A DNA stretch of 64,000 bases, taken from assembly GCA_951406725.2 (NCBI GenBank), contig OX597826.1, forward strand, positions 43,710,001 to 43,774,000. Reading direction: 5' to 3'. Source of the DNA: Octopus vulgaris (taxonomy: Eukaryota). The position numbers were made by a program, and so were the translations under genes. Position 1 is the stretch's first letter. Each line of letters starts with the position of its first letter. The notes below the pieces were generated by a model. The model was not told where the DNA came from. It searched no databases and worked only from the letters and a program-made list of their open reading frames with translations. This document shows positions 1 through 17,063 of this stretch, in pieces.

Positions 1-345
1 TTAGTTCGCGCATGCGCATCATTTGTTTTTGCTTTTGTCGACTATACAGTATAATAGGGACAGTTGGGCATCGTCTGTGAGAAAAACAGCACCATCACGC
101 AATTCACTTTGCCACGGAGGCCTACGTCAAATGGCGGGAGGAGGTAGTGCTGCCGTGGGTCAAAAGGACGGCTACTGGAAAACCCTATGTCTGGTTATAG
201 AACTCTGCACCATGCCAAACAAGCAGGAGAACCCAGTCATGGCTGTCAGACAATTTCTGCGACCACATCATCCCTAACATTTGGCCACCTACCTCCCCAG
301 ACTGCAACCCCCTTGGTTGTTAATTGTGGGGCGCAGTTGAGCGAA
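1..345 (+). mobile_element. Tc1/mariner maT-type (DD37D) transposon remnant, internally deleted
   Basis: Manual translation of ~140-345 gives EVVLPWVKRTATGKPYVWL*NSAPCQTSRRTQSWLSDNFCDHIIPNIWPPTSPDCNPLGC*LWGAVER. There are 37 residues between the two positions expected to be catalytic Asp, both now mutated. In-frame stops are present. Confidence 0.8.
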
Positions 346-359
346 CACCCACACACATA

Positions 360-405
<46 letters not shown>

Positions 406-429
406 CATACACATGCATACATATGTATG

Positions 430-836
430 TATACTCTCTTTACTCATTTCACTCTTTTACTTGTTTCAGTATTTTGACTGCTGCCATGCTGGAGCACCGC
501 CTTTAGTCGAGCAAATTGACCTCAGGACTTATCCTTTGTAAACCTAGTACTTATTCCATCGGTCTCTTTTGCCGAATCGCTAAGATGCAGGGACGTAAGC
601 ACACCACCATCAGTTGTCAGGCGATGTTGAAGGGACAAACACAGATGCACAAACACACACATATATATATACACATATATACGACGGGCTTCCTTCTGTC
701 TCCGTCTACCAAATCCATTCGCAAGGGTTTGGTCGAACTGAGGCTATAGTATAAGACACTTGTCCGAGGTGCCACGCAGTGGGAATGAACCCGGAACCAT
801 GTGGTTGGTAAGCAAGCTACTTACCACACAGCCACA
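430..836 (-). mobile_element. tRNA-derived SINE family A (CORE-like body, internal microsatellite, LINE-like tail)
   Basis: Reverse complement reads GTGGCTGTGTGGTAAGTAGCTTG..GGTTCCGGGTTCATTCCC (A/B boxes), then body, then tail GGCGGTGCTCCAGCATGGCAGCAGTC..CTGAAACAAGTAAAAGAG. Same layout as copies at 11366, 21724, 35546 and 42320. Confidence 0.9.
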
Positions 837-840
837 TGGT

Positions 841-1158
841 GTGGTGAATAAATTGTCGTCTAAATTACGGAAAAAATGAAAGTAACGCTGACATTTCATT
901 TTAACAGATATATTTACCAAAATTACATAAAAATATCTTGAAATACTAAACAGTGAATTTATTAAATAAAATTGCCATTGGCTTCAACCACAGCCTGCTG
1001 ACGATTTCGGAATCTCTTGCAGGTCTTCTGAACGATCTCCTTGTTTAAGTTGGTGAATGCTGCCGTAAACCTTGCCTTTAGTTCATCACATACGGTGCCC
1101 AACATGTGCAAAATAAAAAAATTAAATAAAATGGAGACAATTTACCCATCGCACCCTG
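841..1158 (-). mobile_element. Non-autonomous deleted maT-type element (likely same family as 1-345)
   Basis: The minus strand starts TA|CAGGGTGCGATGGGTAAATTGTC (TIR), with a partial counterpart GTGGTGAATAAATTGTC at 841. It encodes a transposase C-terminus, DELKARFTAAFTNLNKEIVQKTCKRFRNRQQAVVEANGNFI*. Confidence 0.75.
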
Positions 1159-1516
1159 TACATACATATACATAATTATGAGAACGCTCAAAATCTTTTA
1201 CAAAATTGTATTGTCCGGGAAAAGTTAAATATAAAGTTTTAATTTTCATATTATTAATTTGAAAAGAAAACAAGATGCCAATGAAATGTAATCGCAAGGA
1301 AATTATTCCTAATACCAACAGGTTCGACAGCAATAATCTAAGTCTTAGAAATTCTAGGGTTATTAGGAAGAAATCTGTTTATAGAAAGTCATTGTCGAAG
1401 TAATATAACATTTTTAGTCACAATTTAAACACTTAAGAGATATACATGATACATTTCCTACGTATAAATTCATTGGGTAAGAGAGACAAACACAAAGACA
1501 AAGAAACGCGCGTGCG

Positions 1517-1559
<43 letters not shown>

Positions 1560-1772
1560 CGGATATTTACACATTTTCCGTCTTCTAAATTGACTAATCA
1601 AGCATTTTGAGGTTCTGGGCCATAGTGAATGATAATTTTCCAAAATAGTATCATTTTTGTTTGGAAATTATGATAATAATTTCCCAAAATTACTATTGTA
1701 AAGTGGGTTTGAACCTGAAATTACGTTTGTGCGAAACGAATTTCATAACCATACACTCACGCATGTCTATTA

Positions 1773-1796
1773 TATAATAATAAAAATAATAATAAC

Positions 1797-1849
<53 letters not shown>

Positions 1850-1928
1850 TAATAATAATAATAATAGCCCAAGGCACACACAGCTACGCTCGATAGTGAA
1901 GTGAAAGCACGCTATAAAAAAAAAACTA

Positions 1929-1985
<57 letters not shown>
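1773..1985. repeat. (AAT)n microsatellite interrupted by a ~65 bp insert
   Basis: Direct reading; non-repetitive island at 1866-1931. Confidence 0.95.
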
Positions 1986-1986
<1 letters not shown>

Positions 1987-2688
1987 TATATATATATATA
2001 TATATATGAACTTTTACATTAGTCTGCATTAAGACGTCTGAAAGACATCGAAAAATGCAAGACTAGGAGAAATCAACGGGGGAGAACCTTCAGACGAATA
2101 AATAGTCTATATTATCCATTGCCTACACTTTTTCATATAAAAATGCAAGTCGTATTTACTTGTATATTAAACATTTCCCTACAAGCACACTCGTAATACA
2201 TATATATAATTACATTTATACATAATTATACATATATATAAAAATGTATTCATATAACAATATAGGTATATACGAATGCATATAGTTATATGTATATGTG
2301 TGTGTATATATATCTCTGTCCATACACGTACGCACATAGCATGCATATATCGTATATTGAACACACATTGTGTATTTAATACTCGTAATTTTTCATAGCC
2401 TTCAGAGCACAGAACTGCAAAACATTCTTGAATACTGCATAATCACTGAAGCACACACATTTTATCCATTGTCTGTTATCCCACTTATTTTATAAAGCAT
2501 TATTTCCTTTTCACCAGAACTTCAAAGTTATATATTTCTTTTTTTTTTTTGCCCGCTCTCTTTCTTTTTTTTCTCTCTCTCTCCCTCTTTCTTTTTTTAC
2601 TAAAGCATCTTTTAAAGGTTTCTACTGGCAAAAGTAAGATTCAAGATTAGATTAACAAAACTAAAAAAGTTTTCGTTCACATATCATA

Positions 2689-2754
<66 letters not shown>

Positions 2755-2989
2755 ATAATATGTGTATATATATATATATATACATACACTATATATGTAT
2801 ATAAATATACAGATTATATATATATATAATGCATATATATAGAGAGAGAGGGAGAGAGAGACAGAGAGATACATTCATTTATGTTTATATATATACATGT
2901 ATGTATATATATGTGTGTTTGTGTGTATATATAAATATATGCATATGCATATACATATCTATCTTTAAACGTATATACACACATATAGG

Positions 2990-3048
<59 letters not shown>

Positions 3049-3160
3049 AGTTACATCCTATATAGAACGAATATATATATATATATACGTAAAGGAACAA
3101 AGACAAACACCTTTCCATCAAATCTATATACCTACTTATGTATATAGATATATATATTGT

Positions 3161-3194
<34 letters not shown>

Positions 3195-3223
3195 ACACAC
3201 ATATATATATATTTATAATATAA

Positions 3224-3264
<41 letters not shown>

Positions 3265-3394
3265 GTGTATGTGTGTGTATTACATATATGTAAGTATATA
3301 GATACGTGTATAATGAAATATATATGTATATGATAGATATGTAATCCATATGCAAGTGGATCCTTATATTTGTATATATATATATGAATAATGA

Positions 3395-3425
<31 letters not shown>

Positions 3426-3689
3426 GTATAAATCTATATATATATATTTATATATATACACTGTATATGTGCATGTGTATGTATGCGTGTATTTAAAAAA
3501 AAATATTTCAGATGATACTTTTGCCAACACACAGCCGTCTTTTCTCTGTGTGTGTCAGTTAGTTAGTCATTCCGTTATCTAAATCTTCCAATTCGAAGGA
3601 TAATCCCATCATTCTGGAAATATCTTGAGGTTTGCACAACCTTGGTTTTGAACAAGATTAATTCTTATTTCTTGTACTATGTTATTTTT

Positions 3690-3769
3690 CTTCTTCTTCT
3701 TCTTCTTCTTCTTCTTCTTCTTCTTCTTCTTCTTCTTCTTCTTCTTCTTCTTCTTCTTCTTCTTTTTCT

Positions 3770-3801
<32 letters not shown>

Positions 3802-3832
3802 TTCTTCTTCTTCTTCTTCTTCTTCTTCTTCT
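3690..3832. repeat. (CTT)n microsatellite
   Basis: Direct reading; source of the poly-L and poly-F ORFs. Confidence 0.97.
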
Positions 3833-3966
3833 ATTGTACACTATGTTTCTTGATTTCCTATCAAATAGTATTTTCCATTATATGCCTATCTGTCAAGCAG
3901 TTTCAATCATGATTGCTGGATGTTTCATCTGTTTTACTGTCGAAATAATACAACAGATAAACAGCA

Positions 3967-4010
<44 letters not shown>

Positions 4011-4963
4011 GAGAAAAATAAAATCGGACAAGAAGGTGAAATGCAACAAGAGGGTAAATGACATGGAGGATGAGGTCATGTTGCAACTATTTATCGATGT
4101 TAATGCAAATGACTTACTTCTATTTCTCTTTCCATTTCATTATGTGTGTTTTGTATTAGTTTTTTGTTTCTTTTTTTCTTTTCTTTCTCTTCGTTCAATA
4201 GCGCAAACTTGTTGGCAAATATTCTCTACTTTTTTCTGCTTCGACTCCAGGCATATCGCGTCACACACCGACACACATAGACACATAGACATAGACACAT
4301 AGGCACGCATAAAAAAACCCAGATATATACGCACATGTGGGCGTTTATGTACGTGTGTGCGAACGCACATTCCCATAACCCTCCACAGAAACGTACGTTT
4401 ACTCTCATACCCGCACGCATTCACACGCCTGACGAGCGCACACACTCGGACACGCTGAGTCACATACAGGCTTGCAAAGAGTGTGTTCACAGGTGCGGTC
4501 ATACAGATACACACATACAGATACAAATACACACATACACACACAGAGGCACAGACACAAACACATACACACACAGACACACACATACATACGCATACAT
4601 CTACAGACGCACTCAGTAATGCACGTGTACATAGCAATATAGACACGAAAAACAAACATACATGCATGCACTTACTTAGGCGTGAGAAAACATGCAACAG
4701 CACTCATCTCTCTCTATATATGGCTGTCGGCAAACACAATCATATATTCGAGTTTACACACACACAAACACATGCACATGTATATATATGCATGTAAGTA
4801 TGCATGTGTATGTATGCATGAATGTATGTATATATATATATGGATATTTATGTGTGTTTGCACACCTACACATGTCTCTATGTATGCAATTTATATAACT
4901 TATAGTATGTACGCATGTACGTGTGTACGTAAGTATATAGGCATATATATAAACATGGTATAT

Positions 4964-5005
<42 letters not shown>

Positions 5006-5032
5006 GTGTGTGTGTGTGTGTATATACATATC

Positions 5033-5076
<44 letters not shown>

Positions 5077-5096
5077 TTTATATATATACATATATT

Positions 5097-5130
<34 letters not shown>

Positions 5131-5667
5131 TGTATGTACGCTATATATATGCATGTATGTATGCATGTTAAAGCGTTGTTTGTTTAAATCTGTATGGCGT
5201 ATGTTTATTGCATTTATTTTTCTGGATTTGGAAATTCGCTTTTCAGTTGACAGCATTAAGAACTTAAATGTCTAAACCCTTATAGGTCACATAGAAAGTA
5301 ATGCATTTGGTAAAGCAGGAAGTTACACCAGGAATTCTAATGGCAATTACATACAATACGTTCATTAGAACTGGTATTCATTCATTTCTCTTGAAGTTTC
5401 TTATCTTCAGGTCTGAACGGGGAGAGAGAAGAGGGAAAAAAAAAATTCCAAATTCGAAATTATTATTTTTCGTTGTCATTTATTAAAGCACTCCATCATA
5501 TTTCTGGAACTTTCTGACAGACGAATGCTTGAACAGTCGCTCTATGCGCATTCATGCACAATACATACATACATACATACATACATACAAACATCCATCC
5601 ATCCATACACAAATGCATGCATATGTACTTATATATATATATATATATATATATGAATATATATATT

Positions 5668-5746
<79 letters not shown>

Positions 5747-7327
5747 CGCGTGTGTATTCGTAAATCTCTATGTGTATGTATGTATGTATATATATATATA
5801 TATATATACACATGTATATATATATATGCATGTATATATATATATGCATGTATATATATATATGTACATGCACATTATATATACATGTATATATATACAT
5901 GTATATATATATATATATATACATGCATACATATATATATATATACATGCATATATATACATATATATATATATGCATATATAGGCATACATATCTATAC
6001 ATCTACATACTGTTTGATGTTATAAGGCTAGCGTGAAACGCAATTAAACAAAAGGAAAGTAGACAATACTGCTAAGAAGAACGCAATTATATTTATTCAC
6101 AGTTTAGTCTAAATCAGTCAGTTCTTTTGAGTTTCGTGCTTCCGATCCTCTGGCAACTCTACCTTCTATACACAGCGATTCCATCTGCTGAGTCATCTTT
6201 AAGACTACTTGAGAATTAGTAGTTTGACATAACCGTATATAACAGCAAGAAACGAAGTATATAGAAGATTTTATGAAACATATCCTATGCAAAATTATAT
6301 AGAATTCATCTATGTCTGAGATGAACTTATATTTCACCATGTTCATAAAAAATAATTCTAAGGTGAATTTTATTGTGGAACCTAACTTATGAATGAGAGT
6401 ATGTTTGAGAACTAACAGTGGTTAGAAGGTAGAATGTTACAGATTTTGGAAGTGTTAGCTAAAATTCTTTGTGTGCTTGTTTATTATTTGTGGATAAATA
6501 ACATGTATCAAATGATCACTACAGCACACATTACATTTAGGTATATACGTACATCCATGTAAATATGCATACATACATACAAACATACAAACATACATAC
6601 AAACATACATACATACATACAAACATACATACATATTTACATACATGCATACAAACATACATACATACATACATACATATATACATGCACATATGTATAT
6701 AGATCTAATTAAATGTCAAGGAAACAGGAATTACGTGAAGAACTTCATTAGCAAACAGCTGTTTCTGCTTATAATCATTATGCCTAAGCATAATGATAAG
6801 TTTCAATTACGCATACACACGAGCGCATACACACGCGTACATACACATGCAGCGGGAGAGTGAGAGAGAGAGAAAGAGGGAGAAAAGAGAGAGTAAGAGC
6901 GAGAGTCGCATATACATATGTAAATATGTATCTATATGTATGTATTCATCTATATACACACACACACATATATAAGTATATCTGTGTGCATGTATATATA
7001 TATATATATATACACATACATATTTGTATATTTACATGCATGCATATATGCAAAAAAACATGCACCCATCATTTCTGTAAAATATACAAGAACATTCCTT
7101 TCGGACATAATGTAGGGAAGACATGACTCTGCTACAGATTGATGTTTTTATTAATGCGTATTCATATTTTCTCATTAATATTTTATATTAGGGAAGAAAT
7201 AAAGTTCGAAATCTCCGTTAACGTGTCTGAAGTTTTCCAAGCTAACGATCAAAATGAACTACAAGAAGTACAAGCACATTCTTTACGCGTTTTGCACTAT
7301 CTTGCCAAGGATCAAAGAAGTATTGTG

Positions 7328-7621
7328 GAGGCACATGGCCTAGTGGTTAGAGCGGCAGACTCGCGGTCGAGAGATCGCGGGTTCGAATCTCAGACCGGGT
7401 GAGGTGTGTGTTTATGAGCGAAACACCTAAGCTCCCACACGGCTCCGGCAGAAGCTAACGGCAAACTTCTCCTGACTCTTTCGCCACAATTTTCTCTCAC
7501 TCTTTCCTCCTGCATCTTGCAGCTCACCTGCGACGGACCGGCGTCCCGTCCAGGTGGGGAACCTATACGCCAAGGAAACCGGGAAACCGGCCCTTATGAG
7601 CCAGACATGGCTCGAGAAGGA
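7328..7621 (+). mobile_element. Full-length tRNA-derived SINE family C with 14-bp TSD
   Basis: A box TGGCCTAGTGG, B box GGTTCGAATC, body CCTGCGACGGACCGGCGTCCCGTCCAGG. Flanked by AAAGAAGTATTGTG at 7314-7327 and 7622-7635. Confidence 0.92.
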
Positions 7622-8279
7622 AAAGAAGTATTGTGAGAACTAATAAAACTGTCGTTGTCATACTTAACATTCTTAAATGGTGAATTCCTAGAATGTTTCA
7701 TAGTTTTTGTATCTATGTATTGATCCGATTTAAATTACTATTAATAAGCGTCTGTAGCTAATCATATTTGTTTAATGGAAATTCAGTGGTGATTATGCTA
7801 TCACCCAATGTTTTTCTATAGTTTTGTTTTGTCCTGTATTATAATCTTCAACAATGGCTCCTTATTGTAACTGCATACTCAACCGACGTGAACGTGTCAT
7901 ACATGTGTGTCCGATATAACAGTTTGAGTAATGATGTTTACAAGTAACATGTTTACACTGAAGTTTGGCTATTACAATGGTTGTCTGAAGTACGTTCAGT
8001 GGTTTGTAAGTTTTGTGGTTTATTTAGATAAGAGAGTTATTTTATATTTTCTTGTTATTGTAAATATTCTAACTATTAGATTGTGGTTAGGTGTGGTACA
8101 TGTAGTGCTCTGTTTAATGAGATTTTTAATAGCGTATTCATCTATTATGTAACTCGGGGGCATTTGATTTTTTTTACCGGGTGCTGCATCTGTTGCGTGT
8201 GTCTGTTGAATTTGTCTCTATATTGTCCTATGACTTTGACTACTAACATATTCGTACACCCGTTATTAAATAATGCTTG

Positions 8280-10260
<1,981 letters not shown>

Positions 10261-11365
10261 CGAGTATGGCCGATCGCTATGAATATGGGATGAGTCAGTT
10301 AAGAGTGTTATCGGGGTTGGTTCTATGGTTGCTGGTACACCAGGAAAATAAATTTCGGCACCTTGACAACTATGAATTTTCAGAATTTTCTCAAAGAATA
10401 AAACTGTAAATATAGTAATAAATTGTTTAGTAGAATTTATTAAATATAGGAATAAATTTATCTTATTTAAAAAAAATTCAAACACATGGTCTGGTATTTG
10501 TCCGAAGCTGTAAAGATTATGTCCAGTCTACCACTCACTCTTATGAAATAATAGTTGTCATAGTACACTAAAAAAAAAAAAATTACTGATAATGGGTTAA
10601 CTGAAACGGCGAAAACAAGACATTTGTTGACCAGGTGTCGTAGTAAGCATGTAAGATTATTGTCGACTATAAGTGGAGATTCCTATATTTTCTGAAAAAA
10701 AAAGTAAAAGAAAAAGAGAAAAAAAAACTAATGTTGCCTTTAACAGCTCTCTAAAAATGGTCAACAATTACTTTATTGTAATTATTTAATATATTCTGAT
10801 ATCTAAATATATATATCTAAGGAACGAATTCTTAATTATCATAAATTTGAATTCTTTTAAATTGCAATCAATATTTAGAATTAATCCGAATTATACTTTT
10901 AACTAAAGTTAAATGATTTTAGGTGGATTGAATAAACTAATTTTATCTTAGACATTGTTTTAGCATACATTTCCATATATCTATATTTTAACACAACAAA
11001 AATCCATTATATTCGTATTAAGGCTATTATCATATGTCTACAAGCAGCATGAATATTTATGATTGAAATAGGAAGGAAATATTATAGAATTGATTTCATT
11101 TAGTTGTTATTTTTGATCGAACAGATGAAAAACGCTCCAATCCAGACCATTCCATCGTATACTTTTAGTTACGGCTATTCTGGGACAACATTATTTAATC
11201 TATCCTTTTTTTAAAAGAGTACGATATTAAATGAGTGCAAAATTTTCTGCTATTCTAGCAAGTTGATCAATACATGGTTTTATTTTAAGAGTTTTATGAT
11301 GATGTTATAATGGTGTTTTCTCTCCAACGTTGTCATGAGCGAAACAGTATATATAAGATATGTAT

Positions 11366-11515
11366 GCAGGAGTGGCTGTGTGGTAAGTAGCTTGCTTACC
11401 AACCACATGATTCCGGGTTCAATCCCACTGGGTGGCACATTGGGCAAGTATCTTCTACTATAGCCTCCGACCAAAGCCTTGTGATTGGATTTGTAGACAG
11501 AAACTAAAGCCTGTC

Positions 11516-11562
<47 letters not shown>

Positions 11563-11754
11563 CATGCCTGCATACATGCATACATGCGTGCATACATACA
11601 CACATACATACGTACATATATATAACGAACTAGCTGTTACTTTCTCAGATGCAGCACGGATTTTTGTCAGTGAACAGGTCGCGGCCTCAAAGCGACGAAA
11701 ATATTTTGACAATTTAAACTTAAATGTTGAAGTGAATCGAACACTGCAATCGTT

Positions 11755-11789
<35 letters not shown>

Positions 11790-12053
11790 ATGTGTGTGTG
11801 TGTGCGTGCGTGTGTGTGTGTTTGTTTGTGTGTGTACGTATATGTTTGTGCGTCTGTGTTTGTTGTTCCCCAACATCGCTTGACAACCGATGCTGATGTG
11901 TCACTTAGCAGTTCGGCAAGAGAGAACGATAAAATAAGTACTAGGCTTACAAAGAATAAGTCCTGGGGTCGTTTTTCTTGACTAAAGGCGGTGCGCGGTG
12001 CTCCGGCATAGCTGCAGTCAAATGACTGAAAAAAATAAAATAAAAAATAAAAA
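11366..12053 (+). mobile_element. SINE family A, full length, with a nested hammerhead-bearing insert
   Basis: GCAGGAGTGGCTGTGTGGTAAG head, B box GGTTCAATCCC, tail GGCGGTG..GCAGTCAAATGACTGAAA. Foreign segment at ~11623-11756. Confidence 0.9.
11663..11712 (+). ncRNA. Candidate minimal hammerhead ribozyme, G3-C8 core variant (copy 1)
   Basis: TTGTCA-GTGAACA-G-GTCGC-ggcctcaaa-GCGAC-GAAA-ATAT-TT-TGACAA. Confidence 0.55.
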
Positions 12054-12064
12054 CATTCCATTAG

Positions 12065-12440
12065 TAATGTCCAAATAATGCCGGTATCAAGTTCCTAGTC
12101 ACTCGGGCTAAGCCACCGTGTCACACACCCTGTACAAAATTCGAGCCCATAACAACAAAATTGCAACACAACTTTTCCATTGATTCTATTATATTCAATA
12201 ATTTATCAAATAGATAAATAAAATTAAAGAAGAAAATCAGATTACATAACCTTCAAACTGTGCCTGGACAAATTCCACCAAGAAATACCAGAGAAACCAC
12301 CACCAACACCTCAATAAATAACAATTCCATATACGGTTGGATTATGATGTCCTAAGACATGACTTAGGAAAATACCCCACGTGGCGCTATTGAGTTAAGA
12401 CATGATCTCAGCCAACAATGGTCAAAAACTATCAAACTTA
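12065..12440 (+). mobile_element. Decayed 3' end of a CR1-group LINE
   Basis: Fragments (L)FNNLSN, DYITFKLCLDKFHQEIPEKP and NNSIYGW parallel LFNKLP..DIFKKHLDKLLSGIPDEP..NSLLDQW of the LINE at 19177-19443. Confidence 0.55.
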
Positions 12441-14123
12441 AATTATAAATTGGTTCAATTACTCGAGCTATTCTGATCACAGATATACACTGACAGTTGA
12501 TCTTCTTCTCTGACTTTCTGTGCGAACAAATTTTGAGACGATCCTTTAGATTCCAAGAGCATTTATAGAGCAAGCGTTGTTACTTCAAAAACAAAAGAGA
12601 ATTAACGTTGCATATTCGACTTTCTTTTAATCTGTTACTGTTTAACTATAAAACATGAATTGTGTTTGATTGTTCAATTGGACAAACATTTAAGAAGTAA
12701 ATTGGATAACACAACGTGTCTACCTAATTGCTTCGTTGCCGTATTTGTATACTGGAAATGTTTTGAATATGACTAAGGAGCATAGTATAGAAAATAATAC
12801 AAAAGTTAAGCAGCTACGAAAGCTGTTGTACATCATGCTGATATACAAAGAAATAAGTAAAAAGAAGTATGAATTACTAAGAAACGTAGGAGAGGAAACA
12901 TGTGGTGAAGACGAGAATATGCTAAGGCAATTCTAGGTATGTGTTTTTTTTTTCTATGAGATCTACAATAGCAATGCGTAATTTCCATTCGTTGCGAAAT
13001 TCGTTTTCATTCTTTATTGATATAATAGAACGTTCCTATGATTATAATCATTAGTTGCAAGTTTTTGTTTGCATACTGTTTCGGAGGAACACTTAGCGAC
13101 TGAATGTTGCCAAATAATAAGAATTTGTGACAGACTTATGACAGACATCCTACGTGACTGCCTTATCAAAATCACGTTGGGAAAAAAATCAGAAAACTTG
13201 TCACGCCACAGCTCATTTGAAACATTTATATGCAGCTTACTGTTCTATTACAATGTCATTATCTAGTATTTTCTATGAGAATAATATTGCCGTATCATTT
13301 ATCAAGTTGAGCTTCGCATTATTTATTTATTATTTTTTTTTATTTATCTTATATTACCATTAACGAAGTTTTCGAAGCATTTGCAGCATTCCACCCATAA
13401 CTTCGTTTTTTTTCCTCTTCTATCTGTATAACGTATTTCTCAGCCAGTTTTCGATGTCACTCCCCACTCCATTTCCCTCGCAGTTTAATGTTACATTTAA
13501 TGTTGCATTAAAAACGACTAGCATTCGATTTCTGTCTTTAAACAAATCGATTTGTGCTTCTTAGCTATATAGTTATGATTGTAAAGATGTCTAAGCGCTA
13601 TAGTTATGGTTATAAAGATGTTATTACATACCTAAGATGTAGGGTTTATAGCTGCCTCGATGAATTCACCGATAAAATATATCCTATATAATTCTATAAT
13701 TATTCTCAGATATTTACTTACTAATCCATAACTCTTTCTCTAATTTTTGTTTCTTTTTGGGTCTTTTCAGGCAATATTTTGTCATTCTATTTTCCAGAAT
13801 ACACCTTGCTGATTGAAATAGGTTCTTCTTCAAAAATTTTTACAAACGAGTCAAGCTATTATCGATTGTTGACAAAATATTTACATCAACACAAAACGAA
13901 AATAGATTTTTTAAAACACATCCAAGTAGCAGTAGCGACACTTGTTTCTGTCTGCAGATGATTTTATTAAAGCGATTATTGAATAATGGCTACGGTTATC
14001 ACAGAAGTATAATGCATTCACACGTAAATAGACAAACGCATACACAAACACACATAAACACATAACTACAGACACCCCCATATAAATACAAATATATAAA
14101 GGAGTTAAAATATGTATGTACGT

Positions 14124-14177
<54 letters not shown>

Positions 14178-15427
14178 TATATATATGTAAGTATGCATAC
14201 AAATATATATGTATATGTGTGTATAGATATATTTATACATGTATGTGTTTATGAGCGTGTGTATATATATATATATATATATAAATATAAATATATATAC
14301 ACGTATGAATATATATATATATATATATACGCAAATATATAAAAATATGAATGCATATATGTACAGATGTAAATATGAATATGTATATATATATAAATAT
14401 ATATATACAAACATATATATATACACACAAACACACACACATATATATATATACATACATATATATAAAAAAAATAAAATATATATATATATATAGAGAG
14501 AAAGAGAGAGAGAGAGAGGGAAGGGGGAGATGTATGTATGCATATGTATATATGTACATGTATAAGTAAATGTAACATTGGATACATCGTATTTTTAATC
14601 TTAGAAGTTGCAAGACTGAGCTGTATTTTGAGGTCGATCATAAGGTTTTTTTCAGATCTTTTTTCTTTCTATTTTCCTCTCCTGGTGCTTTTACTTCTCC
14701 TACACTGTATGCTCCATCAACAATTCCAACAACAATTCTTCCAGCAATACTGAAGCATTACAAATATAAATGTGGTACGTTTCTATTGCGACCGAACTCA
14801 GCATTGAGTGATCACATGAGTGGAATCGCCATCATCATAGCAGACCGTTTTCTGCCATTCCCTGGCTTCTTATATTTATATTCCTACACATACACACATG
14901 TGTATACCTAAGTACACATAATACGCAAACATTTATGCTTAGATACAGGAATCAAGGACATATACATATATATGTATATATATACTAGTTTATCCTTATA
15001 GTTCTTATAGTATATATATATGAGCTCATGCACACACACACACTCGCACACACTCACACACACACACGCTCACACTCACACACACACACCTATATATATA
15101 TGTATAAATATAAGACTATTTATTTGTATGCATCTATATATAATTTAAGTCTCTGTGCTGCAGTATATGTGTGTGTGCATGTGTGTGAGTTTGTGATTGT
15201 GAGCGTATGTGCATTGTGTGTGTGTGTGTGTGTGTGTGTACGCATATGCCACTACATAACAATCAACGTTGTATTGTCTACGTCTCAATAACTTAGGAGT
15301 TTTAAGTACGAAGCTTAAAATAAATAAGTATTGAGGACGATTCGTTCTACTGAAATCTTCCAAGCTGGTATCCCAGCATGCCTCAAGTCCATTGAGTGAA
15401 ACTGGTAAAAAACAAATCATAAAAGAT

Positions 15428-15495
<68 letters not shown>

Positions 15496-16000
15496 ACAGT
15501 GATACACATCTATAGTCTAACCATAAGTAAGCATTATTTCAACGTTAACAATAGCAGCCAGTTGGGAACATATGAAGAAAGAATGTACCTGTCGTATTCC
15601 ACCAGAACATTGCGATAATACAGCAATATGGCGATTGTAAAGAGGTGAATGCAGGACCATTATCGTGCTGTAATATGCCATATGCGTCTGATTATGCATA
15701 CATAAATACATAGATACATAGATACATACATACGTACCAACATATATACATGTGAGGAAGGTGTCTTCTTTCATTTTCTTATGAAAACTGCTAGAATGTA
15801 GCAGACTTCCTAAATATAAACCATAATAGAGGTGGGTGAAATGGAAAGAAGATAAGTATCTTGAGGGGACGCAATCTGTACGTGTGCTGAAAGATAATTG
15901 ATCGTACAACATCTCACAGGTAGAGACGAAGGATTAACAAAACCATTGTAGTGAGTTTGAATGAAGAATCTTGTGAATTCCGTTATCTGTCTCTCATCTA

Positions 16001-16062
<62 letters not shown>

Positions 16063-16563
16063 AGATGAGCAAAGGTGTACGTACGCCGCTATATGTATAT
16101 ATGAATATTAAAAGAATGGAACAAAATCGCAACGTCGGTTGTCAAGTGATGGTGGGGGGACAAACACAGATAAACACGTAAATAAATTGATAGATACATA
16201 GGTGGATAGATAGATAGATATTGGTATACATACATACATGCACAATGGATGAGATGAGGCTAGTATGAACATCGGTTTGGTGGTTAGATTAATCCACGAT
16301 CTTAAAATCAAGCATGTTAATCAGAATAGAAATGATCAAGTGGAAGTTTTTTTTATAAGAAATGTAAAGCTGAAGCAGATCACTTGCCTGGGTACCCTGG
16401 ACACCCTGGGCAAATGATCTTATAACATAGCCCTGGGCCTACCAAAGTCTAGTGAGTGGATTTGGCAGACGGAAACTGAAGGAAGCCAGTTGTACTTGCA
16501 TGTGTGTTTCGGTGTGTGTGTGTCTGTGTGTGTTCGTGCACGAGTGTGTGTATGCGTGCGCGA

Positions 16564-16614
<51 letters not shown>

Positions 16615-17063
16615 TATATGTATATATATATATATACATAAATATGAATATATATATTTCATTATATGTCTATATTTTTCATTATATGTCTATATATTTA
16701 TTGATAGAGTAAATTTTAGATTTTAATTACTATATTTGTTGATAATAATTTAATTATCATTTAAACATTTTTTTATAATTATTAGATGTGAACTTAAATC
16801 TAAAAATATGAATAATGATTATTTTGTTAAATAATTTGGTAATTAAATATTGGACTAGAACTGAGTTAAGGATATTCGTGAGTTTATTATGTTTTTTAAA
16901 GCCATATTATGTCTTCATAGATAAATACATATTTCTATCTATTTTCTTACCTTAAAAATACATATTTAACATAATAAATGGGTTGTATGACATAATCCTA
17001 ATATTTTAAGTTTCTAATTTAGATAATGGAGTTTTTTATAAGAAAAATTATTTTTTTAATAAT

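Noticed and set aside
1-1158. Single inverted maT element spanning both fragments
   Set aside because: The 841-1158 piece has its own termini, so two separate deleted copies is the simpler reading.
7328-7400. tRNA gene-like sequence
   Set aside because: It is the head of a TSD-flanked SINE and has no proper acceptor stem.
12736-13266. Possible exon with a GTATGT donor at 12937, or a Harbinger transposase relic
   Set aside because: The frame ends in a stop at the donor, and the Harbinger-like patches are too weak to support by eye.
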